From Lama glama (Eukaryota), in contig CM052818.1 in NCBI GenBank assembly GCA_028534125.1, positions 26,910,001 through 26,974,000 of the forward strand: a stretch of DNA of 64,000 nt, written 5' to 3'. Within the stretch, counting starts at the first letter, position 1, and every line of letters starts with the position of its first letter. The translations under genes and the position numbers were made by a program. The notes under the pieces were generated by a model. That model saw nothing but the letters and a program-made list of their open reading frames with translations, was not told where the DNA came from and ran no database searches. Shown piece by piece: positions 11,271 to 24,073 of this stretch.

Positions 11271-13702
11271 CATATCAAAAAACTTTTTAAAACTGTGCAC
11301 ATTAGTTGATCAATTTATCCTAAGGAATATCAAGGATATATACAAAGATTCTGCCTTAAAGATGTTGATGGTGATATTATTTATTGTTCTCAAAGAAATA
11401 GAAATAAATGTATTTCTTGACCCAAAGATGATTGTATTAAGTGAGCAGAAAATTGATTTAGACATTATATACAAACATTTTATTTAAAAGACTGTGAGTA
11501 TGTATATATAACATGGTTAGAATGTTAACAGTGTTAGATCTGAGTGGTAGGATTGTGAGTAGTTTTATTTTCTTCATTTTACTTATGCCTCTGATTTTTC
11601 TGTATTTCTTGTATAATACCTAATAAGAAAAATAAGCACAAAATTTGTTTAAAAACAGTTCTAAAGTATATATTCTCAGATTACAGATAGCAGTGTAAAA
11701 TACAGAACCCTTTTAGAAAGCATTTGACAGTGTCTGTTCAGAGCCGTGAAAGTATTTATAATCACTGACCCAGTAATTTCATTTCTAGGACATTGTCCTA
11801 GGGGAAAATATCTAAAATATGAAAAAGAGAGATGTTTACAAAAATGTTTACTTGGAACGTTACTTACAATGTGAAGAACTGAACACCTTTTGTCTTTGAA
11901 AACTATGTCTCATCTTTCTAAGATTCGCAAGCCTAAGTAAAGAATCAGAAGTAAATGTAAAATTTCAACTATAGGAAAATTGTTAGGTGTATGTCTTCCA
12001 CCACAGCCTTTAAGAATAATGGTTATGAAAACTAGTAGTCATATAGAAACCCTTATAATATGTTAATAGGTAAAATTAAATACAAAATTTTCTATACAAC
12101 AGAACTACTACTTACAAAGTCAGAATGTGAAAACCTGGAAATAGGGATTATGAATAATTTTGAAGTTTCATTTTCCAAACTTTTTATGGTATAATTTTGA
12201 AAATAAAATTAAAAGTCAAGGGAAAATACATACATCTGACCTTTAAATCCTGCAGTGACTCCTTTGCTTTCCCATTACCAACAGGGTAAAATCTTCAACT
12301 ACTTCGGCCTTATATTCTGTGCTCAGTCTAATCCAAACACTTGCAGTTTCATTAGAATGCCCCGCTGTTTCCTTCTCCTTGTGCTCTTGCTCTTGCTCTC
12401 CCCTCTGCCTGGAACTCCACCTTCCATCTTCGTGAACAGGTGAACTTTTGTCTTTGAATCCTGTCTCTCCTCTTTCATACTCCATTAAGATTCCTCCGTC
12501 CTTGGTGCTCCCTGTGATTTATTCATTCATTACACAAACCGTTGAGTGTCTGTTAGGTGCCAGGCACTGTACCTGAGCACATGCGTAGTGAGGTGGGGAA
12601 GAGAGATCATTAAAACAAATCCCTTCTCACAGCGCTTTTCTCACTCTCCCATCATTATATTAGTTTGCGAGTTTGTGGAAGGTGAAAACCATATTTGGTA
12701 TATAGGTGTTATTTGTCTTTGTTGCCTCAGGTCGTAGAACAATATCAAATGCAAGACAACAGTCAGTACTTGGTAAGGATTTGATGAGTGAATGGCCGAG
12801 TATACTTATGAGTGCTTATTAAAACACTTTCTTAAGATACCAGCATAATAATCTAGAGGAAGAAAGCAAGCTTAAAACCACTAGAAAATATGAATATGGT
12901 ATATTTTTGACTTAAAATTCAAAGTCCTCACTCCAGAAATTAGTTCCTGCTTCTAATTGTCAGGTATTAGTATAACTAACTGACTGTAACTAACTGTTAA
13001 AGAACATCGCAGTGTTAAGGAATGCTTTTCCTCAAAAATGAGGATTCATCGTTTCTTGTAATCATAGTCTAAACTTAGTCCTTTACTGTGCCATAGCTGT
13101 CTGCTTGTCGTAGGAACAGAGATAAGACCTTGCCATCAAGAAGCTAGTAGTATCCCTGTTCACATACATAGACTTCCTCTTACGTACAGTGAAAGAAACA
13201 CTGTGTGGGGTAAATTGGTTTCTCAAGATTTTTATGTACTGCAATTTTCTTTCTTACTCTTACTCCCCACCGGCCCACCCCCTTGTTTTTTTGCTTTTTC
13301 ATTGATGTGTAATTCATCTGTATGCCAGTTGCCAAAGCCTAAATGTATGTGCAGAAACAGAAGAAAACAAACGAACAAAAGTAACTTCAACAAGGAGGAA
13401 TCTTTAAGATTATATTTTAGGAAGTTGCTATTATACATCTTTTTTTGGTTTACAAAATGAAGAGAAAAGATACAGATAATATATGTGGCCAGTAAATTAT
13501 ATTCTTGGCTCGGCCATCTGTTGCAAGGACTAGAATGCTAAATATCACTTAAGGACTATGTAAGAAGAGATTTTGAAGGATATTTATGGAAATTCTTGCT
13601 ATGACCCCTCCGCCTCTCAGCTTTTTTCTTTGAATGCTGGCTGATTGTGTCTAATAAGTCTATGAAAGCAAAGGCAGTAAACAGGAAGTTATATCCTATG
13701 GC

Positions 13703-13708
<6 letters not shown>

Positions 13709-13735
<27 letters not shown>
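13709..13735 (+). repeat. (AG)n microsatellite
   Basis: Direct reading. Confidence 0.95.
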
Positions 13736-14043
13736 AAACCACATATAAAAGGGTGCTTTGTAAAGTAGAACAAGAGAAGCCAGAAAAAATTCAGAGAACC
13801 CTACTCAAGGAATACGCTATGAAAGGAATAGTCAGAAGTCAGATCTATTAAAAAAAAAAAGATTGCCTCCAAAGCAGGTGGAATTTATTCTTTTGAGGTT
13901 ATCAGGAAATCCTGAAGTTGTTTACTTTCTAGTATCTGTACTCAGTTACTTTTGATGGTTCAACTGAATAATCATAACAACTTAAGATATATCATTTCTT
14001 AATATTATGCCTTGTTATTTTCTCCTCCTGAATATCTTACTAG

Positions 14044-14331
<288 letters not shown>

Positions 14332-14959
14332 TAAGCAAAATGGAATTGGTGGAAGTTAGCTACAGTAGTAATAATAACATCTTAAATTTCTGTGGTCTTA
14401 AACTTGACATTCTCTCATTTAAGAGCATCCATATTTAATTTGTGGATTCAAATACAGCAGTAGACTTATTTGTTAGCCAAAGCAAAAATGTTCTCATTGT
14501 TATAGTAATAACTGTATGAGCTAGAGTACTCTAAATAACTATGTGTAACAAGTCATTGTGCCTAACCATGATGAAGTATATTGCTGTGTTGGTCAGTGTG
14601 TGTGTGCAGGGACAGATGAGGAAGTCTTCAGTTTGATAGAGAAAACAGGAGGAAGGGAAGACTTTGCAGAAAAGTAAAAAAGAAAAAAGACTGAGTTCCT
14701 TTGCTTATGAGAGAACGGGAAGGTGATAAGGGTTTTAAGAGTCGCTGGCGACAGTGAAGAGGAGGCCTGTGACTACGGGTAGGGAAAGGGAGAGGGCACT
14801 TAGTAGCATCAGCATTAAGCAGAGGAAAGGCTAGAAGCCCTAGCATCATCTAGGAAGTACCAGGCACTCCAGGTCAGCAGCTCCAGGAAAGACGCTAGTT
14901 TTGGTAACTCTGTAGGAGAATCTGCTTGTCCAAATTGCTCTTTTGTATGTGCTGTGATC

Positions 14960-15257
14960 TGAGTATTAGGAGGGGGGCCTTTGAGAGGTGCTTAGGTCGT
15001 GAGGGTGTTGCTTTCATAAGTGGGAGTAGTCCCCTTGTAAAAGAGGCCCCGCAGAGCTCCTCAGCCCCTCCCACCGTGTGAGAACACAGCAAGAAGGCCC
15101 TGGCTGTGAAGCAGGAGGGCCCTCACCCAACCTCCAACCGTACTGGTACCTTGACCTCAGACTTCCAGCTTCCAGAACTGTGAGAAATATATTTCTGTTT
15201 TTTATAAGCCACCCAGTCTGTGGTATTTTCTTACAGCAGCCCAGATGTGCTAAGACA
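14960..15257 (+). mobile_element. MaLR LTR (MLT1A-like)
   Basis: gacttccagcttccagaactgtgagaaatatatttctgttttttataagccacccagtctgtggtattt...ctaagaca is the typical MLT1 3' end. Confidence 0.85.
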
Positions 15258-15333
15258 GTATGTGATGGGTATTTTTAGTAAGTGAATACTTACAATAGAA
15301 ATAATATTTTTGATTGATTTGATTGCTTTATAG

Positions 15334-15588
15334 GTGGTGCATTTTATACTCCTGAGACCATTGATACAGCTCGACTTCACTATCGAAATTCCTGGGCTCC
15401 CATTCTCCATGCAGTGGCACTTTGGTTAAATAGCACAGGATTTACATGTTCAGAGTCAGCAGAAGCAGCGGCAGTATCTGGTTTACAGAAACGTTCTACA
15501 CCTGTCAGTTTAAACCAAGCATCAAGTGCAACACCTAGTGCTAAATCTTTGCCAGAAATTAACAAAGACAGAATGCACCTGATTTTAG
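15334..15588 (+). CDS. HEATR5B: HEATR5B coding exon (255 nt)
   Basis: [39 protein letters not shown]...[15 protein letters not shown]; phase 1/1 keeps frame with the next exon. Confidence 0.93.
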
Positions 15589-15639
15589 GTAGGTAAGCCA
15601 TGTTAATGTATTTCTAGGTGTACTACTTTTGAAAATTCA

Positions 15640-16165
15640 TACCCTCTTAAGTTCTGTGACTGGCCTGAGAATTAGACTGACATAAATAAGACACATTAAC
15701 AGGAGAAAAGCATACAAGTTTATTTAATATTTTTACATGTACATGTATTTACTATTTTTACCTGTCTTCAGAAGGAAAGTGAAGACCTGGAGAAGCCATT
15801 AGGCCCAACAGATTGTATACCATTTTACACAGACGAGAGTAAATTGTGGAGATGTGACAAAGCAAAGGGGTTTGGGCTAGGGGCAGTAAGTTGTGGGACA
15901 GTGACTAGAAAATATATGGGTAAACTAATGGGAGATCAGGCTCACTTTAGTAGGTTTGTTTGGACAAATCTGTTTCAACATCAGCTCCCAGTCTCTGGCG
16001 ATAAGAATGTTCTCGTGCTACAGGGAGGGCACCTTTCTCATGAGAAATTTTATGACCTGCTTTTAAGTAGAAAGGGGGTCAGAGAGCCCTGTATGTGTCT
16101 GCTATTTCTCAAGTGCCTTCAGCCAAGGAGGTATATTTTGGTGTGGCATGATTTGAATTCCTTCA
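15640..16165 (-). mobile_element. ERV1-class solo LTR-like element (MER4/MER34-like)
   Basis: Motifs attaacaggagaaaagcatacaagtttatttaata and ctcaagtgccttcagc...atattttggtgtggcatg resemble class I LTRs; subfamily uncertain. Confidence 0.55.
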
Positions 16166-17070
16166 TATCTTTTATTTTAATCCTTGGAAAAATTTTATAT
16201 AGTACAGTTCAGAGAAGGAATAGTAAAAAGAGGATTTTTAGCACATTTTCTAAATTAACTGAATTTTTAATATAAAAGTTTAATTATTAAAAACTGCTCT
16301 TTAAAAATTCTCTGCCATGTTCACTGACAGAGCTGTATTGAATAATTTTTAGGGAAAAAAACTAAACTTTCTTTTTCAACAAAAAGTTTTCTTTTTACTT
16401 GGTACTTAACATATTGTCCCATGACAAAATAATAAAATGTAAAATTAAAGCTAATTAGAATAAATCTTATTTATAATTGCTTTATAGATGTTCTTTTAAC
16501 ATTTAAGAATTTTACATTCTGATGAAGCTCTTATGTTTTCGGGAAGGCAAGGGTGAGGGAGGAATACAAATGATAAGGTAAAATTATAGAATTTGTCGGG
16601 AGATCTCATAAATGAAAACATGTAAGGCTTCCAAAGGAATGACCTTACCCTCACATAAATTAAGAGCAGTTGTTATCATGACACACATTGTGCCTCGTGT
16701 AGCTTGCCATTTTAAAAATTTGTGTGAAAAAATTCTTTGACAATCATTTAATGACAGTTTTATAATTTTCATGAATTTATTCTTAATGTATTATTTTAGA
16801 ATGTCTTTAAATGTCTTCTTAATCAACCTGATGACCTTGGAAATCCCACCCTCTCTTATGTGATTATTAACCTAATTGCAAAGTTATACCCCATGCTAAG
16901 TTTGGCTGCTTATTTTGAAAATTATTTTGAACTCACTTTAAGGCATTAATAAATGTATGTTAAAGTAATCTGGGAAAAAAATAAGTAGATAAAAGTTTTT
17001 TTTTAAGTGGTGTCAAAGCAACAAAGTGTTTTATGTTAACAAATCCATGTTTTTGCCTTGTACATTGCAG

Positions 17071-17198
17071 GTGTGAGTATACAGTTCCTCTGTTCCCCAA
17101 GACCTGAGGAGCCTGTTGAACATGTTACAGCATGTCTGCAGGCCTTACACACCTTGCTGGATTCTCCTTATGCCCGAATCCATATTGCAGAAGATCAG
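17071..17198 (+). CDS. HEATR5B: HEATR5B coding exon (128 nt)
   Basis: ttg[52 protein letters not shown]; phase 1/0. Confidence 0.95.
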
Positions 17199-17966
17199 GT
17201 ACAGTATATTTCTACAATAGATAATTTATGCTTTGTTTTCATCATATTTATCATGAGATATTTTCTCACATATGAAATAAGTACTACATAGTAAGTGTTC
17301 AGGATTTTGGCTTTGTCTAAGACCCTATATTGAATGTTGGAAGACCAGACACAGCTGGACTAGAGGTTGTTAGTCTGCCTTCTTTGATCTCTTGTTCATC
17401 AGCAGTCAAGTACACCTAAAAATATAAGGAATGCCTTCAGCCCCAGTTAATGATTCCACTAATAAAGGGCTGAAGTAATTCATTAAGCTGTTAAATAAAT
17501 TATGTCACTTTTAAATGTTTGATTAAGTTTTATCTCTCAATTAATGAAAATTTTTTGCACTGGCTCAAATATTCATTTAAAAAGTTCAGTGAATCGCTGT
17601 TTCTAATTTCTGTGTGGAGTATTTAGAGGATTTTATTCATGTTACAGAACCAAGAGACCAGTGGATTTATTATTCTTTTTAATCAGAAATTATTTTACTT
17701 TCATAATAGCAATGATTTCTGTGGACACAATCACTACCAAGTGGTATTACTTGAGGTGATTTTTCATAAAACACAAAGAGATAAAAAGAAATTGTTGTAT
17801 TATGTCAGTTTAATTTTGCACATGCTGTGTGATTACAAGATTCACTCACTGATGAGCTCTTCTTGTACCCCAGTCTCGGAGCCTGAAGCTGTGCCTCAGC
17901 TAAACTACAGACGGCTGCAAGAAACTTGAGGGCTGTTTTCAAATAGGCAAACTGATAAAATTAAAT

Positions 17967-18165
17967 TTTTTAATTTAATGATTTTTTAATATTTATTTAT
18001 TATTGTATTATTTAATTATCATTTAAAAAATTTTGGCAGAGGGATAATTAAGTTTAGTTATTTTTGGAGGAGGTACTAGGGATTGAACTCAGGACCTTGT
18101 GCATGCTAGGCATGCAGTCTACCACTTGAGCTATACCCTCCCCTCTTGAGCTGTACCCTCCCCCC
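17967..18165 (-). mobile_element. vic-1-like SINE, antisense
   Basis: gaggtactagggattgaactcaggaccttgtgcatgctaggcatgcagtctaccacttgagctataccctcccc; TSD GATAAAATT at 17954-17962 and 18167-18175. Confidence 0.9.
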
Positions 18166-18379
18166 AGATAAAATTTAATCTATGAATGAAGAGGGACTAT
18201 TATGTTTGCACTCAGTTATCTTAGTTTTAACATAATGTCTCACACCTAAATATTTAGTTATTTTTGGACTTAGTAATGTTTTATTTACTCAAGCGTTGTT
18301 TTACAACAGAATGGATTATTTCTGAGATGGATCCTGTATTTTAACATTATCTGAGTACAGTGACTCATCAATTTTCTTC

Positions 18380-19720
18380 ATTCACCCAACAACTTTTACT
18401 TTGTCCTGCACCAGACAGTTTGAGGCTATTAAAGATGGTTTTACTGCACCTTAATTAGGAGATTAGTACAACATGTTAAGTGCCAGTGTGTGTAAAGGTG
18501 TAATGAGATTAGAGATGAGGAGCGCTGCCATTCTTACAGGAAAAGGAAGGATGGCATGGCATCTGGAACTAGTCTAATGTTATGTCAGCTATACCTTGAT
18601 GAAAGTAAGTAAGTAAATCAACACATAAGCAAACATTTCAAAAAAGGGGGGATGGCTTCTCACAGGAGATAATGGTTGTATTGAATCCTAAAAGTGGATT
18701 AGTGAGGCAGAGCAGGAAGGATGGGCTTTCCTTTTGAGGAGAATAGCAAATACGAAGACAAGGAGGAGTGAGAGAACATGACAGATTCAAGGGCACTACT
18801 ATCATTTACTGTGGCTGGGGTGACTGGAACATGTTGGCGTCAGGCTGAACGATGGGATAAAGGCTAAATCTTGAAGATTTCTTTATTGCGTGTTAAATGG
18901 TTTAAAAATCTCTCTTGAAAGCGACAGGGAATCATTAAAAAGATTTAAATAGAGGAATTACATGATTAAATTTGTACCGCAGAAATACAGTACACCTAGA
19001 TTTGATCACTCTGTCAATCTTGTAGTGGTTGTTTGTAAGACATGAGAAGGGAGGAGGGAGGATCATTATGAGGCTGTTTTCATAATTCTAGAGAGATGAC
19101 GACCCACTGGCCTAGGAAAACTGAATAAGGAAGAAGGAGAGAGGGCCAAGACTGTAACCTTAGGGATGAATAGCAAATAAGATTTGAGATGAGGGAAGTA
19201 AATCAGCAGTGGAGACTACTGAAGAGGGAGGCAGAGAACCAAAAAGAACAGAGTTACTGAAGACAACAAAGAGTTTCGAAGACAGACAACGGTATCAAAA
19301 CAAACCAAAGCCAGTAAATAAGGACAGAAGGAAGTCTAGAGGAGGTTATTGGTGACTTCAGGCAGAGCATTTTCTCCGGTGGATAGAGCCAGATTATAGA
19401 AGACCAAAGAGTGAATGAGTGGATGAAGGAAGGGGAAGCATTTGGTCTGGGAAAGGAAGAAACATGACAGAGACAGATAGGAGAGAATATGGCAGCAGAA
19501 AAGAGGATCTGAGAGGTTTTTTGAGGTGTTGGGGGAAATTAGATAGGAAAGACTTGAGTGTATACTTACAGTGGGAAGCAAGCCTGGCTAGAGAGAGAGG
19601 TTGATGACATATGGGGTATGATTGAGGTCTTGGTGGTAACCTTGGGGAGTCCAACAGGATGGGATAGGAAGACCATGAGGAAAGATTAATCAGCCTTGGA
19701 TAAGGGGCTGGACACTTGAT
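18380..19720 (-). mobile_element. Degraded L2 element
   Basis: Purine-rich L2-like sequence starting at cattcacccaacaac; boundaries approximate. Confidence 0.5.
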
Positions 19721-20254
19721 CTTAAGAAAAGAGGTAAAGGTGGTTTTGGTTACAGTTAGTTTTTTTCTCCCTCTTTAAAAATTTGAAACAGGTACATCGG
19801 ATGGGTTTAATGTGGAAGGTTGTGAGTAAGAGGCCTTTTTAAAGTGGGTAGTGAAGTATGAAAATTTTTAATAGTTCTGAGATGGGTCTGAGAGAGACTC
19901 ACCAGAAAGCTCAGAATCTCCAGTAGACTACTCTTGGGTCTTAGGTTCGAAATTATAAATTTAGTGGTACTGGACTCTAGCAATGCTGTTTAGTCCAAAA
20001 GAGGAAAGAAATAGGAGAATGATCATTTTAAAATGTAAAAATTATTTAAATATATAAATAATAAAGTAATTTGTTGATTGAAAATATGTTGGGATAAAAT
20101 ATGACCATTTCTCAAGATTGTTATATTTGCTACATAGTCCTATGTATTAATTTTAGCTACCAAATTTATTTTTACATGTGTATTTTCTTAGGCTTAATAA
20201 TATAAATGTATCTTTTGAAATTAAAATTAATTTCTCTCTATTAATTTATAATAG

Positions 20255-20399
20255 CTGATTGGTGTTGAGTTGCTGAGTGTTTTGCACCGCCTCCTATTGA
20301 CCTGGAATCCGCCATCCGTCCAGCTGCTGGTGACTGGAGTTGTACAACAGATAGTAAGAGCTGCTCAGGATTATTTGCAGGAAAAGAGAAACACTCTAA
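20255..20399 (+). CDS. HEATR5B: HEATR5B coding exon (145 nt)
   Basis: at[57 protein letters not shown]; phase 0/1. Confidence 0.93.
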
Positions 20400-20883
20400 G
20401 TGAGTGCTAGAAATTACACTAACTTTGAAGAGATTTATTTGTACTCTAATTTGAAATATTAATGCCAGGTAGTTTTTAATTTAAAAAGTTAACCATACAT
20501 TTAGAAGATTTGCAATTGATTTTGCTTTCATTAGAAAGAACCAAATGAAACTGCTTGTTTTTAACTATTTTTCACCTTCAAAACTATCAACTTCATATGT
20601 TTCAGCCTAACATATGTGTTACTCCTATTATGAAATATATTTCTAATAAAAATACCTAACAAAAGTTTTCAAAGTAAAAAATTAATTGCCCTTTACTTTT
20701 AAGGGAGAGATCAGTAAACAGAATTCTAGTAAGGCAGAGAATTATTCCAAGAAAGACACAGCATCAGTTAGACATTTAGTTGTAAATTACTTTGAAAGAA
20801 TTTATCATGTATACTTCTTGTGTTGTTTATCTGCTATTTGTTATTTTTTACTGAGAATTTCACCAATTTTTTTTTCACCCAAG

Positions 20884-21150
20884 ATGAAGATGATACAGAA
20901 AAAGAATCCTGTCCTGTATTAGGAGAAGGAGGTGACAGTGGTGGTCTTATTCCTGGAAAATCTCTCGTGTTTGCAACTATGGAACTGTTGATGTTCATTT
21001 TAGTTCGGCATATGCCGCATCTCAGTACCAAGATGTCGGACTCTCCAAGTCATGTAGCCACTAAAACTCGACTGTCAGAAGAAAGTGCTCGTTTGGTGGC
21101 AGCCACAGTTACCATACTCTCTGACTTACCATCCCTTTGTTCACCTGCTG
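20884..21150 (+). CDS. HEATR5B: HEATR5B coding exon (267 nt)
   Basis: ccca[47 protein letters not shown]...[15 protein letters not shown]; phase 1/1. Confidence 0.95.
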
Positions 21151-22312
21151 GTACAGTATTGATCACTGTTTGGAAATGTATTATACTATATTAGGCAAAG
21201 ATGAGCTTACCTTTGATTTTTAAGTGCTATTATGACTTATTTTCTTCTTAAATTTCAGTGTGAATGGAAAAGTAGGTCTTTTTTAAGTAGCCTAAGACTA
21301 AAGATTTAAAAACCCAAAAAACCCAAGATACTCCTTTCGGATATATTTCAAACTCTGGCAAAGAGACAGAACCACAGCTTGAAGGAAGATATTGAGCGTT
21401 AGCAGTCAGATATAAAGTGGAATTACTAAACCCTTTATTTTCTAATCTGGTTGCCACGCTCCAGCAACACTGACAAACTACAGATGCCAGAGGCGAGTGA
21501 CAGCCGACTCTAAGGAGCAACCAAAGAAATTACAGCTGAAAAAAATAGTAGCTGTCTGCAGACACATGAAGAACTATTGGATAAAAAAATAGACTTCCCC
21601 TCTGTTATCTAGAAGGTAGAGATAGTATCAGGAGATATAAAAGTGAATTTCAGCTCAACACAAGCCTACAGATGTGAAAGTAGTGAATTCTCCATCATTG
21701 AAGCTTTGCAAGCAGACACAATGGCTACATGTGAGAGTGGTGAAGGGAGTCTTTCATTGAGTGGGAGATTGAATTTGATGATCTTGAAGTTCTTTCAGCT
21801 ACAAATCCTAGGATTCTTTCATTTCTTTTTGTAATTTTTTTTTAATTATTTTCCTGGCTGGTTAGTACACTGATATAGTACTGAGGCTGATTTAGTACAA
21901 TGAGATTGATTGCTTGTCTTGGAATTGCTACATGATTCACCAAGTTTCTCAGATACTTCTCAAAGTACTTGGTAGGTTTTTTCTTTTCCTTCTGTTTTTC
22001 TACCTTCCTTCTTTGTTTTCATTATGAAGGGCATGACATATTAAATAGGTGAAATATTGGAAGTAATAAAAACAAGGCAAGTTGGGAAAAGAAAGAAAAT
22101 ATTAATTGTCTTCTTTGAAATAACTTGTGACTTTCTTATTTTCTTTTTCAAACATTGAATTATAGTAATAGTGCAGTAAATGTACAAATAAAAGAAAAAG
22201 AAATAATATTAAGCCACAGTCAATTGTAAAAAAAACCCCCATAAACAATTGAAACAACTGTAATATGGAAACTGAAGTAGTTATGAGGTAATTTGATTTG
22301 TCTTTATTTCAG

Positions 22313-22537
22313 GATGTATGACAATCCTGCCCACGATTCTGTTTTTAATTGCAAGAATATTGAAAGACACAGCAATAAAGTCGGCAGATAATCAGGTTCC
22401 TCCCCCGGTCAGTGCAGCTCTTCAAGGAATCAAAAGTATTGTGACACTTTCAATGGCCAAAACTGAGGATACTCAAAAACAGTGGACCGCTCTAATTCGT
22501 AGCACTCTCGCATGCATCCTAGAATATTCTCAACCAG
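22313..22537 (+). CDS. HEATR5B: HEATR5B coding exon (225 nt)
   Basis: ttt[44 protein letters not shown]...LEYSQP G|GTAACC; phase 1/1. Confidence 0.95.
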
Positions 22538-22992
22538 GTAACCTAATCAGTTTTAAATTTTTAAATTTAGTAGCATATCTGTTCCCTAATAATTGAAGGA
22601 GCTAGTCAGAAAACTGCTGTGTAATGCTGAATCAACTCAAAGAGGTGTTTTAGTCCCATCTTTCAGATGTGAATTTTAGTTCCCTTTCTGGATGTTGACT
22701 CTGAATGCCTTTGTCTTAGCACTTACATACGTATTGGGAGATTTTCCCAAAAAGAAAGGATGTAGACATATAAAACTCATAATTGTTTTGAACTCCTATG
22801 TAGTTATCCACTTATATTATCAATTATTATCCATTCCCCTGTCAGTGGATATTTTTACTTTTTCTGATTTTTTCCAATTATAAAACTTGTCTCAGTGAAC
22901 ATCTTTGTAAAGTCTTCATGCACATAAGCTATGAGATTTTCTAGGGCATACCCCTAGCAGTGGAATTGATAACACATCTTAATTTTGTCAAC

Positions 22993-23110
22993 CCATAGCT
23001 CAGTGGTAGAGAGCGTGCATGAGGTCCCAGATTCAATGCCCAGTACCTCCATTTAAAAAAAAAACAAAAAAAAAACTGATTATCTCCACCCACCCAAAAA
23101 AAAAAAAAAA
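22993..23110 (+). mobile_element. vic-1-like SINE, 5'-truncated and internally deleted, within an old antisense L1M
   Basis: atagctcagtggtagag...gaggtcccagattcaatgcccagtacctcc plus A-tail; imperfect TSD ttaattttgtca / ttagttttatca. Confidence 0.8.
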
Positions 23111-23899
23111 GATTAGTTTTATCAGACATTGCCAAATTGCTCTCCAAAGTAGCTACATGAATTTACACTTCTACCAGCAGTGTATGATCCCCCACCAATA
23201 CATATTTCAGACTTTTAAATTTTGCTACCTGATAGGTAAAAACGTCCTCTTATTGTTTTAATTGGCATTTTTCATTTTCCTAATGAGTATAAGCATTTTT
23301 CATGTTTGTGTTTAATTTGGGGGAAAATGCTTGTTCATAGTTTTGTCCGTTTTTCTTCTGTGTTTGACTTTTTATTTCATTTTACTTCTGTTGTAAATGT
23401 GAAAGAATTGAAAACAAAGAAGAGAAATTAAAGATTTGCCATATTGCCTATTAAAACATTTCCACACTATCTAAAACTGTGGAGTGGGCCCGAGAGTGAA
23501 CAGATAGGGCAATGAGACAGAACAGATTGCTTTAAAACAGACATTCATACACATGAGAGTATAACACATGATAAAGGCACATTCATTATTCTTCAAATGG
23601 TTTGTGTCAGTAGCCATTTGAGATACCCGTTCCAGTTAGGCCCTCTTCTTATATCATGACTCAGAATAAATACAAGGTAAGTTAAAATGATAATGTAAAA
23701 ATTTTTAAATAGATAAACGAAAATATAAGTGAATCTTTTATGTCAGAATAGCAAAGGACAATGTAAGTGGAAGTCAATGGTAAATATCACAGAGGAAAAT
23801 ATCAATGTTTTGGACAATAGAATTTAACTTCTATTTGTCAAAGCAATGTACATTAAAAGACAGGTGATAAATCCTAAAAGTTCTTATCAGAAGGACAAA

Positions 23900-24073
23900 A
23901 GTTTTTTTCTATTTCTTTACTTTTGTATCTATATGAGATGAGATGGTGGATGTTCGTTAAACTTATTGTGGTAATCATTTTATGATGTATGTAAGTCAAA
24001 TCATTATGATGTACATCTTAAACTTACCTCGTGCTGTATGTCTATTATATCTCAATAAAACTGGAAGAAAAAA
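23900..24073 (+). mobile_element. L1 3' end (L1MA-like) within older L1ME-like sequence
   Basis: gatggtggatgttcgttaaacttattgtggtaatcattt...tatatctcaataaaactggaagaaaaaa. Confidence 0.75.

Noticed and set aside
15844..16275. 143-aa ORF in a HEATR5B intron
   Set aside because: Starts at a non-ATG codon, lies within an LTR-like repeat and has no recognisable domain.
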